Assembly: GCF_000315625.1 (NCBI RefSeq)
Contig: NW_005434661.1
Span: 663,548-727,547 of the forward strand
Direction: 5' to 3'
Origin: Guillardia theta CCMP2712
Taxonomy: Eukaryota > Protista > Cryptophyta
DNA: 64,000 nt
The position numbers were made by a program, and so were the translations under genes. The notes below the pieces were generated by a model. The model saw only the letters and a program-made list of their open reading frames with translations. It ran no database searches and was not told where the DNA came from. Of this stretch, positions 50,058-61,837 are shown one piece after another (positions within the stretch are counted from its first letter, which is position 1; each line of letters starts with the position of its first letter).

Positions 50058-50597
50058 TCAGGCTCTGCTGGTGCAGCCGACTGACCCTTGTCGCTGCCCA
50101 CGACCTCCTGCCTGCTGCCTGCCGGGCCCTCCCACCTCATCCTTATCCCTACCCGAGACCGTGATCAGCTGCAGCAAGTCGAGCAGCTGCTTCCTCGTAC
50201 CGAAGTGATCGCTGGGATGGAGGTCTAGCTCCGCGTCCTTCTCAATCCCCACCAACGACGTGCGCACGAGCTGGAGACCCTCCATGCTGCATTCAGGTTC
50301 GTCAGAGGATCGCTTCTGCAGCCCAGCATCTCCCCACCTCTTGCGGAAGAAGCAGCGATCGAACCGGCAGCGGGGCCCTCCTGCTCACCATGATTCCTCC
50401 TCCTGCGCCTCGCGTTCCTCCCTCACCGGATGTTTGCAAGCCCAACATGCGGCGCACGTTGACGTTTCTGATGGCATCCCACGTGGGGACGGGATCATGT
50501 CCGAAGGCATCTATGAGCGTCCGAGTGATCCGAGGCCTGAGGAAAGTCAGCGTCGAATCCCGTATACAATGGGAGGAGGAGGAGGAGGAGGAGGAGG

Positions 50598-50628
<31 letters not shown>

Positions 50629-51678
50629 AATCAGCAGCAGCAGTGGGATTAGCGGCAGTGGAAGCAGTACAAGTATTTCTCGTCCGCCTTTGACAGGTTG
50701 AGGTCTCCCACGAGGAGGCTAAGGCCTGAGCAACGAGCGAAACGTCATTCAGGAACAGTGCAACGCTACATCGCACATGGCTCGCTCCCCTTCACCTGCT
50801 CCAGGTGATTTACAGCATGCTGCAGCTGCACTTCTCTGACCTGCCAGTTTGGCGACTGGGGGCAATCAGATCTTGGGAAAGGATGGGAAGAGAAAGAGAG
50901 GATGAAGGGATGGAAAAGTGCGAAGGAAGAGAGGAAGGGAAGGAAGGGGGGGGGTGATCCGTCAGGAGAGAAGAGGGGGGGGGGAAAGGAGGGAGCAGCT
51001 TGTCCACCTGGCTCTCTAGATGAGTAGTCGCTACTCGCACCATTCCGAGGAAGGGCACATGGATGTCCGCCTGGAGATAGTCTCTTCCCTGATTCTCAGC
51101 TCGTCAACTTCGCATGCACCCTGTTCGTCGCTCAACCTGCATGCTGCTGGGATAATCTTGCCTGAACGAGCTCAGTCGCCTCGTCCTCCCCTCTGCTTGC
51201 CGGAGGTACATCTTGGTGAAGTAACTCCCAGGAATCTCTCGCCCGGCCGGGATTCGAGCCTCCTCAACATCAACATATCCGTTCCTGACAAGCCTGGCAT
51301 GCAGCACTTCGATGGTGCTCGGAGTGACTTCCTGCCCTAAAGTGAGGAGGAGGAGGAAATGATCATGGTGCCTTTCCCACCTGAAAGCAGAGGACGTCAG
51401 GAAGAGCTCTCCCATCTTTGGTGTTGTCGAAGATTTCCTCCATTGCCAAACCAGCACGCTGGGATACAAGTATTGGTAAGGAGCAAAAGGTAATGAGAGC
51501 ACGGGTAAGAGCTGCTCACCTCCCGAGGCCGCATTCCTTCGCCGAGACCATCCAAGTTCCAACTGAGAACATCGACATATGGAGCATTAGGGTCGATGAG
51601 CCCAGACACGTCGCACTTGTTCGTCTCAGGTTTCTGCGTTGTGGTAGACGACTTCTTCTGCTTCGTTCTACTCGCCAT
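50058..51678 (-). CDS. TDP2: Tyrosyl-DNA phosphodiesterase 2-like EEP-fold nuclease
   Basis: SWNLDGL, QEV, SYFT, ATTHLES, GD.N, TWD, RFDRCF, HPSDHFG; 3' end and start uncertain. Confidence 0.85.
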
Positions 51679-52615
51679 TGCCAGAGAACTACGTGCTTGA
51701 GTTGCCAACGGCTGTAGGGTTCGCAGAGCAGCTGTAAGGATGGTGAATGAGCTGATCAAGAGGAGGAGGAGGAGGAAGGAGAGGCTCTTGTTGTATCGTG
51801 TGATGTTTATCTGCAGAAAATTCAGATCCTGCCAACGAGAGTGGACACAGAGCTTTGGGACAGGAAAGCTATGATCATGCATGTCGGTCTACATGATAAG
51901 AAGCGCACACACAGTCTCGTTGATTGCTTCCTACTCCTCCTCTTCCCGTTCAACCCTCCTCTTCTCAGCATCGGCTGCCGCGTGTAGGATGCCAACACGC
52001 CGCCACAGCAAAGTTCATGGATAAATTCCAAACCTTCAAATGAAATATTTAGCAATGTTTCGATTATTCCCTGTAAATTTCAACTTTTCACGTACACTTT
52101 CCGAATGGCCGCCTGTTTCAGCGGCCCGGCCCGGGCCCCGGCCCGGCCCCGATACTAGCCACGATGAAAGGCAACCCGGGCCGTTACGGCGGCTTTTACT
52201 ACGGTAACGGATCTTAATTTCCGTTTCAGTCGCTAATGTAAAACCACAGTTTTAAGTGTCAAAAGTGGTCGAACGGTTACTTGCTCACATACCGAAAATA
52301 ATTTTTGATTTTTTTGCATAAAAATTGATATATCCATATCAAATATTGAAATACCTCTTTCGTTTTCGGCTCGAATCAAGTCCGAGAACATTTTTCCATC
52401 GTGTCCACCCCACCTGTCTTTTCCCAGACGTTTCCTGATGAACTAACGGGTAGTTCATGGAATCTTAGAACCCCCTACCCCATTATCAAGACTCTGCTCG
52501 GATGCGAAGATCCCGTCAAGCTCCGGAATCCGAACGGGGGCAACCTTAAAAGAAAGGGTTCAGGATAAGAGATTCTTTAAGTCAGACCCTATGTAAAAAT
52601 AGGTAAGGTGTATAC

Positions 52616-54525
52616 ATGGAGCGGCAGATGAGGTGCACGTTAGATATCAAAGGCAGGGGGGGGTAGTCGAAGCTCATAGGGCGGAACCAGAGGAGGGTCA
52701 TCGATCCTGGGCCAGTTTACCGCGGTAGAGAGGGGAAGATGGCAAGCTGAGGAGATGAGAGGAGAGAGGAGGAGAGAGGAGGAGAGCAGAGGAGGAGAGA
52801 GGAGGAGAGAGAGGACGAGCCAAGGTAGAGGAGAGGAGAGAAACGAGAGTGCTTTTAGGCGATTCACGGATTTCAGGATGTTGGAGGAAACTTCTTCGTG
52901 GACTGACGACGAGTTGACGCCCGATATCGTGACGCTGTCTGGTGTGCAGTGAATGTCCACAAGCTTGGAACGTCAAGGAATCCTCAAGGTAAGGTAATGG
53001 CTGTTGATGGTTCGGGTACTTACTGGAGCCTGGGTGCAGAACCTGGCCAAAGTTCGAGCTGAAGCTGAAACGTTGTCCTTGGGCCTTAACAGGTGAAGGG
53101 ACACGACTTGTGTTGATATCACGTGTTGACCGATTCGAGCAGATCTAGAATGATTACAGATCCTCTTGCTTCAGTCCCACGCTCGGTCACTCCCACCCTC
53201 GTTCCAGACTACGCCAGGTGCGTCTACGCCTCATCCTCGGCGTCGAGTGGAGGAGGGGGACTTGACTGAGCCAGCAGGAGCGTCGCGGTGTTCCCTGAAG
53301 GCCTCGGCTACCCCTACGTCTCCTACGAGGTCTCCCGTGACCTCGAGGTCCAGCACCTGCGAGCTCGCTGTGAGAGTCTAGAGCGCGAGCTACAAAACGC
53401 CAAGAAGGTTGGAGGAGGAGAAGGACAGGGGACGATCGTTGGGGTCTGACGTCCATGGCAGGAGGCGTATGAAGCAAAGGTGATGGAGGAAGACAGCAAG
53501 AGGAGGGAGATGGATGCCCTGCGCATCATCCGGCCGACCCAGGAGCAGGTGAGGCTGGTGCACGCAACTTGCTCCCAGCCTAACAGGGTGGTGCAGTCTG
53601 CAGTCCTGCAGGGACTTGCGGACGATCTTGCAATGGAGAACGAGAGGTGATGATGACTTGACTATCTCTCCACCATCTGAAGGCACGTGAAGGCTGCGAG
53701 GAGCCGTCAACGACCACGTGACTGTCGAGCTGCAACACGAGGGCATCGAGATGCGCCTGACTCAGGACATTCAAAATCTGGAACAGCAGGTAGGAGGAGG
53801 AGGAGAGGAGTAGGAGGTGCTGAGGAGGATGGAGATGAAGAGGATGGAGGGCATGGGTGTGGAGTTGACTGCATTCCAGATCATGGAGTTGAGGAGAATC
53901 AACGGCGATCTCCAGTTCAAGTGAGTAGGTTGCGAGGCTAGGTATGTGAGTTGACTGATGATTACAGGAATGATGCCCTCGAGCAGAAGGTGCGGGAGAA
54001 GGACAACCTTCTCGTTTCGGTGAGATTGGCCTCTTCCTCCTGCTCCTCCCTCCATCACCTCCCCTTTTGCTCACTGAAGGTTGATGTTAGACCGTGTCGG
54101 AGTTGGAGAGGAAGTGCGATCTGCACGCCCGAGCTCTCCAGGAGTCGCAGGACCGCGAGAAGCACGCGCAAGAGGTTCTAGGAAGAGAAGAAGGATGTTT
54201 CATGATCCTGAGGTTCCAACAGGAAGTCCGTGTGCTCCAAGAACGCCTGAGAAGGTCTCCAACTTTCTTATCTGCTCCTCCTGCTCCTCCTCCTTGCTTC
54301 GCGTCCATCCGCTTGGATCTCGTCCTTGCCACGTCTTACTGTACCGTTAGGTACGAGTGGAGTGTCGCTCAAAACGCAAGTTGGCCGTACGCGGCAACCA
54401 CAGGTACATCCCTGTTGACAGGAGGTAGAGGTTCTGACAGCACGCAGCTGCCCTGCCGGTCGCCCCCTTGTCTCCCAGAGCAGCGGGTAATCTTCCTCCT
54501 TTCTCCGGTCCTTTGTCGGCTGATG
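52616..54525 (+). CDS. Hypothetical coiled-coil protein, many short exons
   Basis: Series of GT-AG-flanked exons with heptad-like E/L/R-rich peptides (NDALEQKVREKDNLLVS, VSELERKCDLHARALQES). Confidence 0.45.
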
Positions 54526-55312
54526 AACTTGCTCTCCTCTCCTCGTCGACTGCCTTGTGTTTCGTCGGTCAGTTGTCACGACATCTCCTCGCCCCTCGCA
54601 AGTTGACTCTGTAGCCTCCCGGTGAGTTCTCGTCATGATCTACCTCCGCTCCCCAACTCTCTGTCCTCCTCCTCCTCCTCCTCCTCCTGTTTTTTTTCGT
54701 CGGTGAACGTTATTGCTAGCTTGGCTCAAGCTGAAATCTCCGTTGCTGCTCGCAACGCAGGTGTTGCTCTTGCCCTCCTGCATTGCTTTACTGACCATCA
54801 TCGCAGAGCTCGCGGTCTTGCGCTCCAGGAGCATCTCTCCTCCTCCAAGAGCCAGCCTGGTGGATGCTCCTATCATTGCATTTTCTCCTCCACCCTTCCC
54901 GTCTCCTGCTCCCTTCACTCCTGCTCCTGCTGCTGCTCCTCCTCCTCTTTATCCTCCTCGCCTTGACTGTTCTTACAGTCTCCCCGGGTTCGCGTGTCTC
55001 CCCCAGCTGGCAGCCTCTCCACAGTTGTCATCTAGTTGGCAACTCCACAAGCTCGTCGCAAGAGCCAAAATTTTGACAGGCCAACAACCGTCGCATCATA
55101 TAAACATAATCATAACTCATCAAACCGATTCTTGCCTTGCTCCTCCTTCGACTACTCCCGACTATCCTCCTTCCTCTCCCTCTCCTCCTTCCTCTCCCTC
55201 CCTCCCTTCCTTCTCCTCCTCTCCTCCCTCACGTGTCTTGTCCATATCCGAGTCTCCTCGCAGCAGTCATTCGACTTCATGTCTCCCAGCTCCTCGTTCT
55301 TCCCCACCTACC

Positions 55313-58300
55313 TCACCGTATTCGTGCCTCCTCCTCTTCCATCCAGCCTTCCATCACCCTTGCCGCCTCAACCTGCCCCCTCGTCCTGGCCAGCGCCATC
55401 GCATCCATCCCGTACACCTTGCGGTGAGGATCTGCTCCTCCTCGCAGCAGCTTCACCATGCATGCAGCCTTTCCTTCCTCCGCCGCGTGCATGAGCGCAG
55501 TCTTGCCGTCCGCGTTGAGAGCGTTGACCGTGACCCCCATGAGCAACTGCCACGAGAATCAGAGGGAGGGAGGGGAGGGAGGGAGGGGAGGGAGGGAGGG
55601 GAAGGGAGGGGAGGGGAAAGGAGGGGAGGAGGAGGGAGGGAGGGGAGGAGGAGGGAGGAGGAGGAGGAGGGGAGGGAGGTGGAGGGGGAGGGAGGGAGGG
55701 AGGGAGGGTAGGGAGGGGAAGGTAGGGGAAGGGAGGGAGGGAGGGAGGGAGGGAGTGGTTATCAGCTGAGATGCATGAGGAGGTAGGGATACCAATTTCT
55801 CGAGGACAGACAGTCTGCCGTATCTCGCTGCGTACATGAGAGGAGTGTTGAGGAGACGATCTCGCGCTTCCATCTTCGCTCCTGCGTCTAGGAGGACAAG
55901 TGCCTGCACGAGAAGTGACGAGAGGGGGAGCAGGAGGGGAGGAGGTAGAGGGTAGAGGAGGAGGAAGACGAGGAGGTAGAGGGTAGAGGAGGAGGAAGAC
56001 GAGGAGGTAGAGGGTAGAGGAGGAGGAAGACGAGGAGGTAGAGGGTAGAGGAGGAGGAAGACGAGGAGGTGGAGAAGGAAAGAAGAAACAGTGGGAAGGG
56101 GAGGAATGAAGGCATGATATAGTGAAGCATGATGATTCTTGGGAGGAAGACGGACAAGAAGGAAGGACGGGACAGGCGGAAGTAGAGAGGAAGAGGGAGG
56201 GGGAGCAACGGAGGTATGTACAGCTTCCGAGCTTCCATTTTTGATGGCCCAATGCAGTGGCGTAGCCTGCTTGCCGTTAACGTCCTTGCCCCTCATCGTC
56301 TCTTGCCCTGTCCTCCTCGTCCTCTCCCCTTTCATTGCCACGACACTCGCACTGTCTTCGCTCTTCCCCTCTCACTCCCACCCACCTTCCTCGGCCCTCT
56401 TCCTGCCTTTGTTCCTTCCTCTCTCTTATCCTCTCCCTCCCTCTCCCCTCGCCTCTCCCTCCCTTCTCCTCTCCTCTCCCTCCCTCTCTCCTCTCCTCTC
56501 CCTCTCCTCTCCTCCCTTCTCCTCTCCTCTCTGCTTTCTCTTGCTCAACAACCTGCGACAGCTTCTCCATCTGGTTCGGATCGGCACAGAGTTTCAACAG
56601 CTCTTGGATCGCACTGACTTGGTTCCTCGTAGCTGCGCAATGCAGCGGCGTGTAGCCGTCACTGCGGGAGGGCGAGGGCGATAGGTGAGAAGAAACAGAG
56701 GGAGGAGGAGGAGGAGGAGGAGGAGGAGGAGGAGGAGGAGACAGTCAGTTGATGGACGCAGGGATATCACCTCCTACCTTGAACGAGCCTTTGGGTCCGC
56801 ACTCATGGAGATGAGTGTAGAGATTGTGTGCGTGTTTCCCTGCCCTGCCCGTCACTCACCTGCATCTCCTGATCGCTGCCTCCTCCCTCCTCACCACACC
56901 TCCTCCCCTTCCACTCCCCCACTCTCCTCTCCTCTTCCACTTCACCCTCCCTCCTATCTCTCCCTTGCTCCCTCAGTCCTCCGCCTTTGTCCTCTGCTCC
57001 TTCTTTGCCTCCTCTTCTATCTCTTCTCCTCCTCACCATTGCCTGCCTCATACCGATCGACCTCGCTACTTCTCCAACTATCGCTATTCTTCTCTAACCC
57101 CCTTCCCTGTTCCCGTCGTCCCACCTCAGTCGCCGCGAAGTGCAGGGCAGTCGCCCCTGAGCTCGTCGGCGCATCTACTGGGATCTTGACTCTGTTGACT
57201 GATGTCCAGTGAGATGGTGGAGGAAGAGGTGAAGCAGAAAGGAGAAGCAGAAGGCAGGAGAAGCAGAAGACAGGAGAAGAGGGGAGGAGGAGGAGGAGGA
57301 GGAGGAGGAGGAGGAGGAGGAGGAGGAGGAGGAGGAGGAGTTTGGCAGCAAAGTGAAGGTCGTTGAAGACATAGTCAGTACATCCAGTCTTGTTGGGCCC
57401 TGCCGATCCCCCAGAGACCTGGAGCACTGAAATGATGTTAGGGAAAGGGTAGAGAAGGACCAGGAGTAGGAGCGGTGGAGGACGAAGAGGAGGAGGAGTA
57501 GGAGCGGAGAAGGAGATAGAGAAGTAGGAGGAGGGGGAGGGGGAGAAGAAAGAAGAGCAGAGGAGGAGAAAGAGGAGGAACAGCGGGTGGAGGAAAAGGA
57601 GGAGATAGAGAAGGAGGTAGAGAAGGAGGAGGAGGAGGAGGAGAGGTTACCCTCGTTGATATCCTTCTGCCCACTGATCTGCAGGCTTGCATTCTTCATC
57701 GCGCTCATGAACTCTGACCTCTCGATCTGCCAGCCTCTCACTCACCCCCCCCTTCCCCTCACCTCACAGCCGACCCCTCACCGTGCCGCTCTCGTCCTCA
57801 TCCATCTCCTTGGTCATCTTGTCGATCTCGCTGGTGGGGACGGGTCAGGAGGCGTCAAGGAGCAGGAGATGAAGTCGCGGCGTCGTGGTGTGCAGCATCA
57901 AAGCAGGGAGCTGCTACTTCCGAGGATGAGCGGGGATCGACGTCATACCTGGTGGAGAAACCAGCCTTAGTCAGTCCGTCATGAAGCTCCTCCTGCCCGC
58001 ATGGACGACGTCAGGGGCAGCAGAACTGATATAACCGACGAAACAACGACGAGTCAGTCGTCTGAATCCTCACCCTTGAAATGATCCCGTCCCCCGACGT
58101 GTCGATTGCATTGAACAAGGACTCTGCCTCTATCCTCCACAGCTCGTTCTTCCACTTCCTGCAACGCTGGCTCACAACCCCTGAAGCATCCTCCTCCTCC
58201 TCCTCCTCCTCCTCCTCCTCCTCCTCCTCCTCCTCCTCCTCACGTCTTCCGAAACTCCACTCTGCCGACATGCCCGAACCAGACGCGCGAGATGCTGACG

Positions 58301-59117
58301 GCAGACTCTGTGGATATTCGAGAAGTGAAGGCCATCTTTGACTTCTTGTACGCCTCAAACCCGCTGTCGGTGAAGCATTTCATTGCCTCCTGAACGACTG
58401 GCGTCAGGTGAACAACGTCCTCATGCAGGAAACCAAGCGCGATGGAGGCACTGCCAGTGGGTGGACAGAGGAGTTGAGAGGAGGGGAAGGAGCAGGAGGG
58501 TGAACCGAGAAGATAAGGGGAGGGGAATAAAGGGGAGCACAGCAGATGAGATCAGATCAGATCAGGAGAAAGGACTGGAAACTTACGTCGAAGAAGACTC
58601 GACCTTGGTAGAACTTCTTGGCGTCGATCGCCTTCACAGACTTTGCAAACAGTGCATCACCCTTGCTCTTGAGGACAAACTGCTTCTCTGCCCTGTAGAC
58701 GATTCTCCTGGCACTATCTATCTCTCCTCTCACCTCCCTCCTCATGCGCATTAGCCGAAGCTCATCCTTCTTTTCCTCCGTGAATGTCACAGCATACCTC
58801 TCCGCGTCTGTCTCTGCCGCGATCTCATGCTGCTCTAGCCTCTTGAGAGTCTCTTTCTCCTCGTCGTCGAACGCCTTCCCCATCCCGTCCGTCTCGAGGC
58901 TCGTCATCGCCTGCTTGAACAGTTCTCTCTGCTGCTGGAATGCGTCGTCAGGAGGGACATCCTCTGCGAGCAAGAGCTGGATGACTCTGACAGCGTCGGC
59001 GATCTGATCTCTCAGCTGCCTCACCACAGTGATCCTCTGGTTCTCCTCTCTCTCCTTCCTCCTCCTCTCCTTCTCCTTCTCCTTGGCTGCCCGGCTCTTG
59101 CCAAATATGCTCAGCAT
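55313..59117 (-). CDS. EF-hand + ankyrin-repeat protein
   Basis: EF loops DTSGDGIIS and DEDESGT.IERSEF; ankyrins GATALHFAA, GYTPLHCAA, TPLHWAI, NTPLMYAA, GKTALMHAA; introns packed with GAG/CTC repeats; 3' end uncertain. Confidence 0.85.
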
Positions 59118-59309
59118 GCCCCGACAACTGACATTGCGTGAAGAAGGGGTAGGGGTGATAACGACCCTGTGGTGGTATACGCCAAATCACTTTCAAAGGG
59201 GTCCAATCGATAGGAAATGTCGTTAGGATTCAATGGGTACAACTACATATTATGGTAATGATAGGGGTGGGGGTACAAAAAGATGGGGTGGGGTGGACTT
59301 TTACTGCTT

Positions 59310-61203
59310 TCAGACATACTCTCCCCGACTGGCCCCAACATCCTCGAAATCGTCAGAGTCCTCCGAACCCTCTCGTGCCTTGATCTTAGAGCTACCTGCT
59401 CGACAAGATGCGTGAGAGGAGGAGGAGGAGGAGGAGGAGGAAGTCGAGGGAGAGGGGGAAGACGAGGGAGAGGAGGAGCGGGGAAGACGAGGGAGAGGAG
59501 GAGCAGAGAGGAGGAGGAGAGGAGGAGGAGGAGGACGAAAGAGAGGAGGAGGAGGAGGAGGAGGAGGAGGAGGACGACGACGATGAAAGAGAGGAGAAGG
59601 AGGAGCAGGAGGAGGAGCAGGAAAGAGAGGAGCAGGAGCAGGAGCAGGAGGGTGATAAGGGAAAGGGACGAGCACAGGACCGAACAGGAAAGGAAGAGAT
59701 GGACAGAAAAAGAACAAGGAGGGGAGAAGAAGAAGAGGATGAAAAGAGAACTGGAGTGCAGGCGGAATGTGAAAAGGAGAGCTCCAAGACATGGGAGAAT
59801 ATAGGAAGGTTGCTGGTGAAGAACAAAACGGAGAACCATGATCGCAACGGAGCACGAGAAGGAGAGGACAAGAAAGAGGCAAGGGAACATGGAGGAGCGG
59901 AGCTGGCGTGATGGCTGACCAGCATGCTGACGTACAATCTCTTCTGAGTCTGCCACGTCATCCTGTAGAACATCGTTGTCGTCAGCACCCCAGGCCGGAG
60001 CAGGTACCGACGGACTGCGAACCTCCTTACGATCTTTCTTCGACGCCTCCCCCGATGAATCCCAGGGCATGCTGATCCCCAGGAAATCTTTTCACCTCCA
60101 GTCAAGAGCAGGAATGAGGGAGGGAGGGAGGGAGGAGACTTGCCTGAACTGATCCGAGGGAATCGCAGGTTGTCGGTTACCACCTGCCAGGGTGCCATCC
60201 AGTTGAACTTGAACCCTGGCGACGAAGGCTCGCTGGAAGCTCGATTCGACTTCACTGCACGCGAGTCACGAAAGCATGCCGTGAACGCATCAAGGCCAAC
60301 CGTCTTCCCACTCGTCCTGCGCCTTGGACGCCACAGGGAAGGTGGGAGGACTCTTGCTCCTCGCTTCAAACTTTGGGCTCGAAACCTCGTCGAACATGTG
60401 GAACTCGTGACTTAGGATGTCCCCGAGCTCGCCGTCCCTGTGCAAGAAGTGGGGGGGAGGGGGGGGATCATCAACGTCCTCATCGCCTCTGCCGCCGCTT
60501 CGCTACCTGCAAGGCCTCATCTCCTCCGGGTGAAACGTCGACTCCAAGATGCAGTCCGAGACCAGGAGCGCAAGGGCGACCTTTGGCAGCCTCCCGCAGC
60601 CGAGATTCAGCGCTGTCTTGAGGCTGTCTGGATGCCTTAGGATGGAAGCTGCGAAGACCTTGCAGAGGTTCGCAGCGCTCATCTTGTTCTCTACCTTGTG
60701 CTTCACCACCTCCCGCAGGAAGCGCAGTACGGTGCGGAGGATCTCGATCCTCGTCTCGGAGAGTGAGCAGATCAGCCTCCGGAAGGTTGACAGCATCTGC
60801 GTGATGCTCGCGGAGTTGGAGATGGCCTCGATCAGGTCGTCGAAGATCTTGGGGGTGATGAGGGGAGGCTCCAGGTCAATCAGAGTTCGCTTCATCGCCC
60901 CTGCTACCGTATGCACGTCCTCATTGTCCAGCTCCACGCGATTCTTGGAGGAGGAGATCTCCTTCTGCATCTTTTCCACGAGCACTTGGATCTTTGCTAC
61001 GGACCCTGGGACAAACATTTTCACAGGAAAATTGAAGGGCAGCGAAGCCCCTTACCGCTGATTCTGAATATTCCCTCTGTTTCTATCCTCTTCTTGTCCT
61101 TGACGATCCATCCAGTGCACTTGTGGATAATCCTGTTCCATGGCACAATGATGTCAGCCGAAAATCCGATCACAACCCCTCGATTTGCTCCAAGTTTGCA
61201 CAT
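59310..61203 (-). CDS. RhoGAP-domain protein
   Basis: EGIFRISG (arginine finger), DVHTVAGAMKR, LEPPLI, ENKMSAANLCKVFAASIL; both ends uncertain. Confidence 0.85.
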
Positions 61204-61837
61204 GAAACCAAAAGGCTAGTCAACAAAAGTATCCTCGTGAGACTTTTCGTCCTGCATCTTCTTGTCCTCTTTTGCTACCACGTTCGCACGATCCTCCCCT
61301 TGCGAGCAGCATGCTGCATATCTGATCCTACAAAGCTTCTATTCTGCTACAAACCCCATCTAAGCTTGACAAGGCTTCGACATCTATCTTGATACTTCAT
61401 GCAACCGATCACAGCTGTCATCAACTGAGATTGTCTTCGACTTCCTAGAGCTCCTGCTGTTTCCCGTTGTCCTCCTCCTCCTCCTCCTCCTTGACTTACT
61501 GCAAGACATGCTCGTCGCTTCTCCCAGCAGCCATAGCAGTGTAGCACCCGTTGAACCACCCCCTACCCATTAAATCAGACTAACAAAAATGTCACTTCAC
61601 ACCCCCCATTTTCTCATCAGAAGTACCCGTGTGACACCCACCCACCCACGCGAATTGTCGATTTTGTACTGTTGACCCACCCCACCCCTGGTGTGGTTTG
61701 TGCTTAGGCTAAGGGGTAGGGTACCCAATTCGAAGTAAAACGGGCCAAGGGGGTAGGTCCCTCCCATGCTGTAGTGGAGGGGTGGTGGATGGAGGAGTTG
61801 GTCAAGTAGTCTGGCAAGAATTTTGAAAACCAAAAAA

